A program made the position numbers and the translations under genes. Positions 1 through 8,649 of a stretch of 24,205 nt of DNA are shown here, in pieces. Source of the DNA: a virus. Lineage: Duplodnaviria > Caudoviricetes. Below the pieces are notes generated by a model that saw only the letters and a list, made by a program, of their open reading frames with translations, searched no databases and was not told the DNA's origin. Location of the stretch: positions 1-24,205 of IMG/VR virus record IMGVR_UViG_3300032320_000489. One strand, 5' to 3'. The first letter of the stretch is position 1. Every line of letters starts with the position of its first letter.

Positions 1-1575
1 CGCCTTGAGATGCAACAAGCTGGACGCACCTTCCGCAGATACCAAAAGTTATTGGATGACAAGGTTCTTCGACCAATTAAAAACATTGTGATTGCTGATG
101 CAGTTACAAGAGGACTGATTCAAAACAATGTTGGGAGCAGAACTACCAAGGGCATTTTCAATTTTGGAGCTAATGTCTCTATTGATTTAGGCCGGGAATC
201 TGCCTCTGCTATCTCCGAGTTTAAGACCGGCCTCCGCACCGCCGCCGACATCTACGCAGAGCGCGGCCAAGACTTCGAAAGTGCTATGAGGCAAAGGGCT
301 ATTGAGGCCAAGCTAGTTAAGGATTTGGCTGGAGAATACGAAGTTTCGGCAGATACAATTTCCGACATCGCCGCAGAGGGATTGACCAGAGATTCACAAA
401 AAGCACAAGCAACCCAAGCCGAGGGCGGGCAGACACCCGCTGGGCAACCTTCGGACGAGGATATGCTTGGTGGTGCCTCACTCAATGGGGCACAAGTCGC
501 ATCCCTTATCAATGTTATCAATGCCGTGGCTATGGGTGCAGTTTCCAAGGAGGGTGCGGTTTCAATTATCACCGCCGCCTTCCCAACCATCAGCCCAGAT
601 CAAGCGAGGGCAATCATCGCTGGGGTCAATGTTGGCACAACTATTCCGACAACCAAAGAAGAGAAACAGCAGATTGCGAAAGACCAAGGTGGGGATACTT
701 CGGGAGGCTCAACGCCCCCAGCTCCAGAACCTACAACGCCCCCGACCGCCCCCGCTGGCACTTCTCAAAAAAAAAGTAATTTAGAGATTCTGGAAAGCCT
801 AGACCCCGCATCTATCAAGATGCTGATTGAGGGGATGATGGGCGGGATTGAATTGGCAAAATACGATGGGATTGATTTTACGCCACCAGAAGGAGCTAGG
901 GATGCCGCTAAAAGAGCCTTGGATGTGCGGGAAGGCAAACCATCAAGCCAAAGGGGTATGACCCCAGTAGGCATAGCCAGAGCTAGGGATTTAATGAATG
1001 GGGTGAAGCTATCCCCAGACACCGCCAGACGAATGAAAGCCTTTTTCGATAGGCACGAAGTAGACAAGAAGGGTGCAACTTGGGATGAGCAGGGCAAAGG
1101 CTGGCAAGCGTGGAATGGATGGGGAGGAGATGCTGGTTACGCTTGGGCAAGGAAAGTGGTTGGGCAGATGGAGGCGAGGGACAATAAGGAACTAGCCCGA
1201 CCAGCAAGCCAAACCCCAGCCCCTCCCAAGGAACGAATCAAAGGCTCAAAGGAGAACCCCGAAGGCACAGCATCCACCCGAAGCAAAGCTGGTGACATTG
1301 AGATTTCAGCCGAGAACGAGGAGGCATTGAAGAACAAGATTGCCGAGTTCAAGGACAAGCATCCCTCAAGGAAAGCCCCCACACTTGAAGCATTGAAGAA
1401 AGTGTTTCGTAGGGGGGCGGGTGCGTTCTCGACTAGCTTTAGGCCAACGATTACTGGGGGAAAGCCCAATTCACGCAACGCTTGGGCGATGGCAAGAGTG
1501 AACAAGTTTCTCAAGATGGCTGGTGGGGGTGAGGTCAAAGACTCCTACCGCAAGGCAGACGGCGATCTTCTTTGA
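1..1575 (+). CDS. Portal protein, lambda/Phage_portal_2 type (5'-truncated), with a long C-terminal extension
   Basis: The frame is open from base 1 (RLEMQQAG...). 'IDLGRE...GLRTAADIYAERGQDFESAMRQRAIE' resembles the C-terminal region of lambda-family portals, and the gene lies just upstream of protease and capsid. It continues into a Pro/Thr linker and two extra domains. Confidence 0.8.
   Translation, partial: RLEMQQAGRTFRRYQKLLDDKVLRPIKNIVIADAVTRGLIQNNVGSRTTKGIFNFGANVSIDLGRESASAISEFKTGLRTAADIYAERGQDFESAMRQRAIEAKLVKDLAGEYEVSADTISDIAAEGLTRDSQKAQATQAEGGQTPAGQPSDEDMLGGASLNGAQVASLINVINAVAMGAVSKEGAVSIITAAFPTISPDQARAIIAGVNVGTTIPTTKEEKQQIAKDQGGDTSGGSTPPAPEPTTPPTAPAGTSQKKSNLEILESLDPASIKMLIEGMMGGIELAKYDGIDFTPPEGARDAAKRALDVREGKPSSQRGMTPVGIARARDLMNGVKLSPDTARRMKAFFDRHEVDKKGATWDEQGKGWQAWNGWGGDAGYAWARKVVGQMEARDNKELARPASQTPAPPKERIKGSKENPEGTASTRSKAGDIEISAENEEALKNKIAEFKDKHPSRKAPTLEALKKVFRRGAGAFSTSFRPTITGGKPNSRNAWAMARVNKFLKMAGGGEVKDSYRKADGDLL
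767..779 (+). other. A9 slippery run inside the portal gene; the -1 frame stops immediately
   Basis: The 0 frame reads CAA AAA AAA AGT (heptamer A AAA AAA at 768-774). The -1 frame reads AAA AAG TAA (stop at 777-779). Confidence 0.45.
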
Positions 1576-1594
1576 CATAATCTAGGCATTTATG
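1572..1594 (+). promoter_or_regulatory. TTGACA-N14-ATG element before the protease gene
   Basis: TTGACA at 1572-1577 overlaps the portal TGA; 14 nt spacer; ATG at 1592. Confidence 0.65.
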
Positions 1595-2680
1595 CCTTTA
1601 CCCCTACCTTCCGCAGACGAATCAGAGCAAGACTTCGTTTCCCGCTTTATGGGAGACGAGCAAGCCATCAGCGACTTTCCAGACGAACAACAAAGGGCGG
1701 CGGTTGCCTATTCGACCTATCGGGACGAGGAGATGGAGGAAATGGAGCTAGGCGGGGTGAGTATTTTGGAGGTGGGAGAGGCTAAAGGACACGACCTTTT
1801 CGTGGATAAGATCAGCCTAGAAACCGCCCTCAAACTTATGAAGGGAGCAAGGAACGGAATTAAGGTAAAGATCAACCACGGCTCTGGTCTCGAAAGTGTC
1901 GTAGCCTTCGCCAGAAACCCCCGCATCGAAGGGGATAAGTTAGTGGCCGATCTTCGCTTGCTCCGCAACTCGCCCCACTACGGATTGATTAAAGAGATGG
2001 CCTCCGAAGCCCCCGACCAGTTTGGCGTTTCCCTAGCCTTTGTGAATGAGTCCGAGACGATCAATGGCAAGGACTACATTCGCCCCCAGAGCATCGCCTC
2101 TGCTGATTTAGTTTCCAGCCCAGCCGCCACAAACGGATTGTTTGAGGAGATGGTGAAGTTTATGGAAAAACTCGGTTATGTGCAGGGAGGCAAGACCATC
2201 CCAGCCGTAGCCAAAGAAGCCGTGGAGGAAGCTCCACTTGACAAAAAGGACAAAACAAATATGGAAAACAATTATATGAAAGATATCGAAGATATCAAGG
2301 TACGCTTGGCGGCCATTGAAGATTCGATGAAACCCAAGGACGAAATGAAGAAAGAGGAGATGGCCGAGGACAAGAAGCCCTCCGAGACTCCCGCCCCCGA
2401 AGTTTCTGTCGAGGTAGAGCCTTCCGAAAAAGAAGATGATACCGAGGAGATGAGTGCGGTTGTGAAGAAAGTTCTGACTGAATTTGGCATTAAGCCCATC
2501 CCCGCCTCACCTTCAATCGAAGTTCCTTCCGAGAAAAAGGAAGAACCCAAAACTTTTGAAGCTCTCGTGGCCGCCCATAGCGACTACGGAACATCTAAGC
2601 TCAAGGCGATGAAAGCCGTGATGCTGTCCAACCCCAAGGAGTACTCTGAGGCATTGTCTCGGGGAATCTCTAAACTCTAA
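1592..2680 (+). CDS. Prohead maturation protease fused to a C-terminal scaffold
   Basis: Lies between portal and capsid genes. Protease-like segments 'GEAKGH', 'NHGSG', 'FGVSLAF' and 'SADLVSSPAATNGLF' are followed by an acidic, low-complexity, helical C-terminal third typical of scaffolds. Confidence 0.75.
   Translation: MPLPLPSADESEQDFVSRFMGDEQAISDFPDEQQRAAVAYSTYRDEEMEEMELGGVSILEVGEAKGHDLFVDKISLETALKLMKGARNGIKVKINHGSGLESVVAFARNPRIEGDKLVADLRLLRNSPHYGLIKEMASEAPDQFGVSLAFVNESETINGKDYIRPQSIASADLVSSPAATNGLFEEMVKFMEKLGYVQGGKTIPAVAKEAVEEAPLDKKDKTNMENNYMKDIEDIKVRLAAIEDSMKPKDEMKKEEMAEDKKPSETPAPEVSVEVEPSEKEDDTEEMSAVVKKVLTEFGIKPIPASPSIEVPSEKKEEPKTFEALVAAHSDYGTSKLKAMKAVMLSNPKEYSEALSRGISKL
2238..2263 (+). 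promoter_or_regulatory. TTGACA-N17-ATG element inside the protease gene
   Basis: TTGACA at 2238-2243, AAGGA in the spacer, in-frame ATG at 2261. Confidence 0.55.
2261..2680 (+). CDS. Putative nested scaffolding protein (internal in-frame start, 139 aa)
   Basis: The in-frame ATG (MENNYMKDIEDIK...) has its own TTGACA, an SD-like AAGGA and an A-rich leader. Analogous to lambda C/Nu3. Confidence 0.55.
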   Translation: MENNYMKDIEDIKVRLAAIEDSMKPKDEMKKEEMAEDKKPSETPAPEVSVEVEPSEKEDDTEEMSAVVKKVLTEFGIKPIPASPSIEVPSEKKEEPKTFEALVAAHSDYGTSKLKAMKAVMLSNPKEYSEALSRGISKL

Positions 2681-2698
2681 ACAAAGGATAATACTAAA

Positions 2699-3058
2699 AT
2701 GGCAACAAATATTGACGGTGGTGCAGTCCGCACCTTTAACTTCGCTTCGGCGATTTCGGCTTACCGATTCGTTCAAATCGGAACAGATGGATTGGCAGTA
2801 GCGGCAGTCTCCGGCACAGCCCGTGCAGTTGGCTCTACTATCGCTGATGTAGCGGCTGGTGACAACGGTGCAGTTAAGCTGTTCTACCCAACCTTCTTTG
2901 CAACTTGTGACACGGCGATTGCGGCTGGCGGCCTAGTGGCTACTAGCACGGCTGGCCTTGTGACAACTGCGGCGGCCAATGTTGGCATCGTCGGAGTTGC
3001 TCTTGAAGGTGGTGCGGCTGATGCTGTCATTGAAGTCGCAGTTCCCTTAACCCAGTAA
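2699..3058 (+). CDS. Capsid decoration/cement protein (DUF2190-like)
   Basis: 119 aa, Ala/Gly/Val-rich, ending 'VGVALEGGAADAVIEV'; directly upstream of the major capsid gene. Confidence 0.7.
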   Translation: MATNIDGGAVRTFNFASAISAYRFVQIGTDGLAVAAVSGTARAVGSTIADVAAGDNGAVKLFYPTFFATCDTAIAAGGLVATSTAGLVTTAAANVGIVGVALEGGAADAVIEVAVPLTQ

Positions 3059-3086
3059 TTTAACCAACCAAGAAAGAATATAAAAA

Positions 3087-4058
3087 ATGAGTTACATTAG
3101 CGGCGGTTCAAGCATTCGGGCTGATATCAACCAAGCCCTCATTGAAGCCCCTCAAGCCGATGTCGGTTTGATCGGGGCACAACTCCTCCCCTTGCAGAAT
3201 GTTGATGCGAAGGCTGGAACATACCTCAAAGTCCAACTAGCTGGTGCAGAGTTGCTCTCCAACAATGCAACGGCTCGTGATGCTGGTTCGGGATACAGCC
3301 GAGGGATTCGTTCCTTCAGCTCTGCAAATTACAGCACGGACGAATATGGTTTGGAAGAGTTGCTGGACGATTCATCCGTCAAGGACTTGAATCGTTTCTT
3401 CTCCTACGAGAGCGAAACTGCGAAGTTCTTGCTCCGTCAGTTGAAGCTCTCCCACGAGAAGCGGGTTTCCGATCTTCTCTGGAATGCAACGACTCCCTTC
3501 ACCATCGCTGACCAGACTCGTGCAGTTGCTTACACGAATACCCTCATCGCTACGGTTGATGTGGCTCGTGATGTGGCGGCGGCTAAACTCGCTCTTAACC
3601 AGTATGGTTACGAGCCGAATTGCGTTGCGATGTCTGCCAATGTATTCGAGTTAATCAGACGCTCCACCCTCCTACAGAATCAGTTTTTTGGAGTTATCTC
3701 GAATACTGGTGCTCGCTTGTTGAGCGAAGCTGAAATTGCGGCGGCTCTGGGAGTTCAGAACCTCCTCGTTGGTCGTGCGGCTTATAACACCGCTGGCAAG
3801 AACAAAGCCTACACCGGCTCGTTCGTTGTTCCAGATACCAAGATCATCGTAGGTCAGATTTCTGGTGGTGAGTTCACCGCTGGTGGAATCGGACGCACCT
3901 TGGTTTGGTCGGGTGACTCGGCTGGTGGTTTCGTTAGCGAAAGCTATCGTGACGAAGCTCGCCGTAGCCAAGTGCTCCGAGTTCGTATGAACACGGACGA
4001 AGTTGTGATTGACCCGAACGCCGCCGTTCGTATCACCACCAACTACTCCGCAAGCTAA
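3087..4058 (+). CDS. Major capsid protein (HK97 fold, lambda gpE-like)
   Basis: 323 aa; position after scaffold and decoration genes; 'EKRVSDLL', 'GYEPNCVAMS' and 'VLRVRMNTDEVVIDPNAAVRI' patterns; followed by a strong terminator. Confidence 0.85.
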   Translation: MSYISGGSSIRADINQALIEAPQADVGLIGAQLLPLQNVDAKAGTYLKVQLAGAELLSNNATARDAGSGYSRGIRSFSSANYSTDEYGLEELLDDSSVKDLNRFFSYESETAKFLLRQLKLSHEKRVSDLLWNATTPFTIADQTRAVAYTNTLIATVDVARDVAAAKLALNQYGYEPNCVAMSANVFELIRRSTLLQNQFFGVISNTGARLLSEAEIAAALGVQNLLVGRAAYNTAGKNKAYTGSFVVPDTKIIVGQISGGEFTAGGIGRTLVWSGDSAGGFVSESYRDEARRSQVLRVRMNTDEVVIDPNAAVRITTNYSAS

Positions 4059-4086
4059 AGATTGCTGTTGGTTGTTTCCTCTGAAG

Positions 4087-4127
4087 AAGGGGGAGTGGGT
4101 GAATAACCTGCTCCCCCTTTTTCTTTT
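4087..4127 (+). terminator. Rho-independent terminator after the major capsid gene
   Basis: Stem AAGGGGGAGTGGGT / ACCTGCTCCCCCTT (two G-U pairs), loop GAATA, then TTTCTTTT. Confidence 0.85.
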
Positions 4128-4129
4128 AA

Positions 4130-4167
4130 TTGACATCCCTTAATAACTAGAAATCCTAGTCGAAATG
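4130..4167 (+). promoter_or_regulatory. TTGACA element directly after the terminator, heading the glycosyltransferase cassette
   Basis: TTGACA at 4130-4135; GAAATCCT begins 14 nt later (4150); ATG at 4165. Confidence 0.6.
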
Positions 4168-5820
4168 AAAATCCCTATTTCCCTTTACCTAATCGCTGGA
4201 AATGAAGAAGCCCACATTAAGCGAGTCATTGAATCTTTTAAGCCAATCGCAGAAGAAGTTATTGTATGTATGGCTAGGGGGTCAGCTACGCCAGACAAGA
4301 CAGAAGAGATCGCCCTTTCGCTTGGGGCTAAAGTCATTCATTACAAGAATAAAAAAACTGACTGGCCTCATATAGACGATTTCGCAACAGCCAGAAACAC
4401 AGCCCTTGATGCTTGTAAGAACGATTGGTCTATTTGGGTAGATGCCGATGATGTAATGGCAGAGGGTGGGGAGAAGGTTTTAGAGGAAGGATTGGAACAA
4501 GCTGAAAAAGTGGGGGCTGAAATTGTTTGCTTTCGTTATCTAGTTGAGAATGCTGGATTGAATCCTATTCGAGAGATGGCCTTGCGTAAGGGATGCGGTA
4601 GGTGGAGAAACAGAGTTCACGAAGCCCTTGAGCCAAACGACAGAAACAAGCTGTTGGCGATTGATAAGATATTTAGGATTCATCGCCCGATTACAAGCAA
4701 GGCAGATTCGGCAGATAGAAACCATCGCATCCTAGCAGATGAGCTAACTTCTACCCCATTCAATCTTTACTATCAGCACCAAGAGTTTTTCTTGAGGGGG
4801 CAAGTGGATAAAGCGATTGAGGTAGGGGAAAGAGCCTTGGCATTCCCAGACCTAGACGAGACTCTCAAATACGAACTTCTATGTAACCTTGGTAGATGCT
4901 CACCCAACGAGAAGCGGTTTAGATATTTGGGGGAAGCGATTGGGGTCAATCCTATTCGCAGAGAGGCTTATTTTTATTTGATGGCAGAGTATTCCGCAAG
5001 GGGAGACTGGGCAAAGGCTTGGCATTCTGGAAGGGCTTGTATGGCTATGCCAAAGCCGAATCTTCACTACTGGAATCAAGTTCACGCAGTCTACGATTGG
5101 CAAGCCCTCGATGGATACCGAATGGCCTCTATCTGCTACGGCCAAAAAGAGGAAGCACAGAAACTTTCTAATATGTATCCAAAGCCAAATATCAGCGTTA
5201 TCCACGCTACAAGGGGTAGGCCGCAGATTGCCTTTCAGCGGAAGATGCAATGGCTGGCTTTGGCGAAAGAACCCCTAGCAGTTGAGTGGTTGTTTATGGT
5301 AGATCACGATGAGGCAGTAGATTACACCCCGCACGAAGGAAAAAGGGTTAATCCGGGTGGAATTATCAATGCTTGGAACGAGGGGGCAAAGATGGCAAAA
5401 AGTGAGGTTATTGTGCAAATGAGCGATGATTGGAGTCCACCGAGGTACTGGGATGCCCTAATTTTGAGCAGAATCGACAACCTAGAGGCCGAAAGGGTGC
5501 TGGCAGTATCAGATGGCCTACGAACCGATAAACTGCTTTGTATGGCTATCCTAACGCAAAAGAGACTCCGCAAGCAGGGGGGATATATGTTCCACCCAAG
5601 CTACCAAGATTCGGACGGCATATACTCCGACAACGAGTTCACGGAAAGAGCCTATGCTGATGATTGCGTGATTGAGGCTAGGGACTTGGTATTTAGGCAC
5701 GAGAACCCTATGTTTGCAGGGGGCAATCCAGACGAGCAACTAAAGAACCACAACAAGCCAGAATTTTATGAGAAAGGCAAAGCCATATATGAAAAACGCA
5801 AAGCAAATAATTGGATGTAG
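4165..5820 (+). CDS. Glycosyltransferase: GT2 domain + TPR-like helices + second GT-A domain
   Basis: N-terminal 'SLYLIAGNEE...DKTEEIA...DFATARNTAL...WVDADD' (GT2, DxD). Helical middle 'EAIGVNPIRREAYFYL' is TPR-like. C-terminal 'ISVIHATRGR...QMSDDW...YSDNEF' is a second GT-A-like domain. Confidence 0.85.
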   Translation: MKIPISLYLIAGNEEAHIKRVIESFKPIAEEVIVCMARGSATPDKTEEIALSLGAKVIHYKNKKTDWPHIDDFATARNTALDACKNDWSIWVDADDVMAEGGEKVLEEGLEQAEKVGAEIVCFRYLVENAGLNPIREMALRKGCGRWRNRVHEALEPNDRNKLLAIDKIFRIHRPITSKADSADRNHRILADELTSTPFNLYYQHQEFFLRGQVDKAIEVGERALAFPDLDETLKYELLCNLGRCSPNEKRFRYLGEAIGVNPIRREAYFYLMAEYSARGDWAKAWHSGRACMAMPKPNLHYWNQVHAVYDWQALDGYRMASICYGQKEEAQKLSNMYPKPNISVIHATRGRPQIAFQRKMQWLALAKEPLAVEWLFMVDHDEAVDYTPHEGKRVNPGGIINAWNEGAKMAKSEVIVQMSDDWSPPRYWDALILSRIDNLEAERVLAVSDGLRTDKLLCMAILTQKRLRKQGGYMFHPSYQDSDGIYSDNEFTERAYADDCVIEARDLVFRHENPMFAGGNPDEQLKNHNKPEFYEKGKAIYEKRKANNWM

Positions 5821-6043
5821 GAAAGCTAAAAAGGGCGAGAATACTGGGGGGCTTGGTATAATTACCTTCGGCAAGTCTCGTCTCGACAAAACCAAGTATG
5901 TCCTAGTCGATATTACCTATGATGGGAAGGCGGGGAAGGAATTGTATGAGGCTGGAATGTTGGCATTAAAGCACGACCCAGAAGCCGTGATTGAGTACGC
6001 AATTAAAAAAGCATTATCGGAAATGGTGAAATGCAAGAAGTAA
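5789..6043 (+). CDS. Small basic hypothetical protein
   Basis: The ORF fills the gap between the GT and methyltransferase genes and overlaps both. The start could be 5768 or 5789. Confidence 0.55.
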   Translation: MKNAKQIIGCRKAKKGENTGGLGIITFGKSRLDKTKYVLVDITYDGKAGKELYEAGMLALKHDPEAVIEYAIKKALSEMVKCKK

Positions 6044-6639
6044 CTATTCACGATTCTTTTGGCAAAGCCCTTGCGAAATATAGCGAGGGGCTTGATCTTG
6101 GCCTAGAGATCGGCGGTGGAACTGGTGATGGTTCAACTCAATGTATTAGGACAAAAAGGCTATTCAGCATTGAGAACCACCCAGACCGCATCGGTAGGCA
6201 TTCAATGAACCTATCAGCAAGAGGGGGCGTTTCTATCAAAGGAACTGCAACCCTTCCGAAGCTCTGGATGAATCAACTAGATGTAGCAGAGTTTTACGGA
6301 ACAAACAAAACCGCACTCAATCAATATCCCCTAGATCAAGTTCTTGGCTGGTATCACGAATGCGTAGAATCTGCCGAACCCTATAGCACCAACGCAATCG
6401 AGGACATCCACTTTGAGCATAAGGCAGATTTTAACTTTGTTCTAATTGATGGCTCGCCCTTTTCTGGTGAGGCCGAACTGCGTTGTGTTCGCCCATTCCT
6501 AGCAGAGAAGGCAATCATCGCTTTGGATGATGTTAACGACATTAAGAACTTGGCAAACTACAACAAGCTCAAGGGGTTTGGGAAACTGCTCTGGGAGGAT
6601 TGGTCTGTTCGGAATGGTGCGGCCATCTTCCAGTTATGA
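6031..6639 (+). CDS. Class I SAM-dependent methyltransferase (Methyltransf_24-like)
   Basis: Motif I 'LEIGGGTGDGST', then 'FVLIDGS' and 'IIALDD'. Confidence 0.75.
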   Translation: MQEVTIHDSFGKALAKYSEGLDLGLEIGGGTGDGSTQCIRTKRLFSIENHPDRIGRHSMNLSARGGVSIKGTATLPKLWMNQLDVAEFYGTNKTALNQYPLDQVLGWYHECVESAEPYSTNAIEDIHFEHKADFNFVLIDGSPFSGEAELRCVRPFLAEKAIIALDDVNDIKNLANYNKLKGFGKLLWEDWSVRNGAAIFQL

Positions 6640-7208
6640 CCATCGTTCAAATTGGATGCAACGATGGGAAAGATCATATCCTAGACTTTTGCCAAAAGAA
6701 TAGGGACAGCATCGAGGCGATACATCTTGTAGAGCCAAACTCAGAAGCACTTGAGGACTGCAAGCAGACATATTTGGATTTCAAGCAAGCTAGATTCTAT
6801 AACCTAGCGATTGTCCCGAATGATGCTGGTTCTGTGGATTTGCACATTCCACGCTCAAAGGCACTTAACGCTCACGCCTCAACATTAAAAAATCACCTAA
6901 CAGACCACGGCCATATAGATTTTAATACAATCAATGTTCCAGCCGCAAGTCTTTCTAGTTTCCTCGATTCAAATAAAATTGAGAAATGTGATAGGCTTTA
7001 TATAGACGCCGAAGGGCTAGATTCTGATATTATTCTTGGGCTTGATATTCAAAAATATAGGATTGCAAGAATCGAGTTCGAGATTCTCCACACAGACGGA
7101 GTTAATACAAGAGGGCAAAAATACTCATCTTGTATTGATAAACTAACAGCCCTAGGATTTCAGCCAACTGATGCGAGTGAGCATAACGAGGCATACCAAT
7201 TATGCTGA
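6636..7208 (+). CDS. FkbM-family methyltransferase
   Basis: Starts at an ATGA overlap (6636). 'IVQIGCNDG', 'LVEPN', 'NLAI', 'LYIDAEGLD' and 'IEFE' are FkbM hallmarks. Confidence 0.8.
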   Translation: MTIVQIGCNDGKDHILDFCQKNRDSIEAIHLVEPNSEALEDCKQTYLDFKQARFYNLAIVPNDAGSVDLHIPRSKALNAHASTLKNHLTDHGHIDFNTINVPAASLSSFLDSNKIEKCDRLYIDAEGLDSDIILGLDIQKYRIARIEFEILHTDGVNTRGQKYSSCIDKLTALGFQPTDASEHNEAYQLC

Positions 7209-7969
7209 CCATCTTTACCATCGTCCTAAATGGAATGCCTTTTATCGAGAGGCATCTAGCAGAGTTTCAAAAGTTAAAAATTCCTTGGAGGTGGAGGATT
7301 GTCGAGGGGGTTAGCGAGCCAGTTGGATGCACCCGGTGGTGTAAGCAAGTGCCCGATAAATGGCACAAAGATTTCAAGAGCATAGACGGAACGCACGAAT
7401 ATCTAAATAGCATCCAAGGCGGGAATGTGATTGTTCATTCGCAAGGCAAGCCCTTTAACGGAAAGCTAGAGATGATTCAGCAAGCCTTGTTTGGGGTAGA
7501 TGATGGGGTTGTGATGGAGGTGGACGCTGACGAGATGTGGCGAGCAGAACAGATCGAGGGGATTTATGAATGCTTAAAGGGGGCAGAGGAGGGGGCAACG
7601 ATGCAGTTTCATTGTAATTTCTTTGTTGGAGAAAATAAGCGAGTAGTTACTAGAGAGGGCTATGGCTCAAACTGGTATGAGTGGATGAGGGCGTGGAAGT
7701 GGGGAAAGAATGTTTGCTTCACAAGCCACGAGCCGCCCCGCCTAAACATCCAGTCTCGCCTAGTTCCAAGGGGAGTGACTGAAACTTGGGGGCTAGTATT
7801 CAACCACTATGCCTACGCAATCCAGAAGCAAGTTGAGTTTAAGGAAGATTTCTATGGCTACAAGGGTCTGGTGGATGGGTGGAAGGAATTGCAAAAGACA
7901 ATCGGCCCAGTTCGATTGAGTGAATACTTCCCACACCTACACGATAAGAGCGTAGCCGATGACTGCTAA
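7202..7969 (+). CDS. GT-A fold (GT2-like) glycosyltransferase
   Basis: 'FTIVLNGMPFI', 'SIDGTHEYL', DxD motif in 'EVDADEMW', and 'FNHYAY'. Confidence 0.75.
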   Translation: MLTIFTIVLNGMPFIERHLAEFQKLKIPWRWRIVEGVSEPVGCTRWCKQVPDKWHKDFKSIDGTHEYLNSIQGGNVIVHSQGKPFNGKLEMIQQALFGVDDGVVMEVDADEMWRAEQIEGIYECLKGAEEGATMQFHCNFFVGENKRVVTREGYGSNWYEWMRAWKWGKNVCFTSHEPPRLNIQSRLVPRGVTETWGLVFNHYAYAIQKQVEFKEDFYGYKGLVDGWKELQKTIGPVRLSEYFPHLHDKSVADDC

Positions 7970-8630
7970 AACAATCAAATACTCGCAGAGGCTAGGAGAC
8001 ATCATCCGTTGTCTCCCAGCTTGCAAATATCTAGCTGACCAAGGCCACGAGGTATTCTTTGATTGCTTGCCCCAATACCACGGCATCTTCGAGATGGTTT
8101 CCTATGTAAAGGTTGGCAATAAGGGCGATGTTATAGACCTTGAGATTTGGCCTAACAAATACCAACAATATCGCTTCTCAAACAAGACTTGGACAGAGTT
8201 TGTATATGCACACCCAGACATTAACAAGGCAGACCCAAAAGATATTCTATTCGATAGACTAGACGATGCCCCAGCCAAAGGATTTCCAGAAACCTATAAT
8301 ATGGTTGCCCCCTTTGGGATAAGCCAAGGGCACAAGAGAGACCCTCTACAAATCATAGTTGAGGCAAGGAAGAAGTGCGGTGGGGATAATTTCTTTGTCC
8401 TATGCCAAGGGGGCACAGAGATTAAGGGATTGCAAACCTACACAGCCCCAAGCATCCCAGAGTTGGCTAGGGCAATAAGAGGGGCTAATGAGTTTTGGTC
8501 AATAGATAGTGGGCAAATGGCAATCGCCGCTGGGGTTAGGAAAGAAAGTAAGGTTGTTTATTTCCCGCAAACAATCGAGCCATTTGATAAGGACAATATC
8601 TTTATCTGGGACAGCGTAGAGATAAATTGA
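7959..8630 (+). CDS. GT-B fold glycosyltransferase, GT9 (heptosyltransferase)-like
   Basis: 'RLGDIIRCLPA' and 'IRGANEFWSIDSGQMAIAAG' match the GT9 'LGD..P' and 'DSG..H.A.A' motifs (His replaced). Confidence 0.7.
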   Translation: MTAKTIKYSQRLGDIIRCLPACKYLADQGHEVFFDCLPQYHGIFEMVSYVKVGNKGDVIDLEIWPNKYQQYRFSNKTWTEFVYAHPDINKADPKDILFDRLDDAPAKGFPETYNMVAPFGISQGHKRDPLQIIVEARKKCGGDNFFVLCQGGTEIKGLQTYTAPSIPELARAIRGANEFWSIDSGQMAIAAGVRKESKVVYFPQTIEPFDKDNIFIWDSVEIN

Positions 8631-8649
8631 CATAAGGGGTGGGTTTATG
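8627..8649 (+). promoter_or_regulatory. TTGACA-N14-ATG element before the head closure gene
   Basis: TTGACA at 8627-8632 overlaps the upstream TGA; ATG at 8647. Confidence 0.65.

Noticed and set aside
6600-6635. ORF-track start of the FkbM gene at 6600 (likewise the 22382 and 22667 starts)
   Set aside because: Downstream ATGs at 6636, 22427 and 22694 fit translational coupling, motif spacing or signal peptide structure better.
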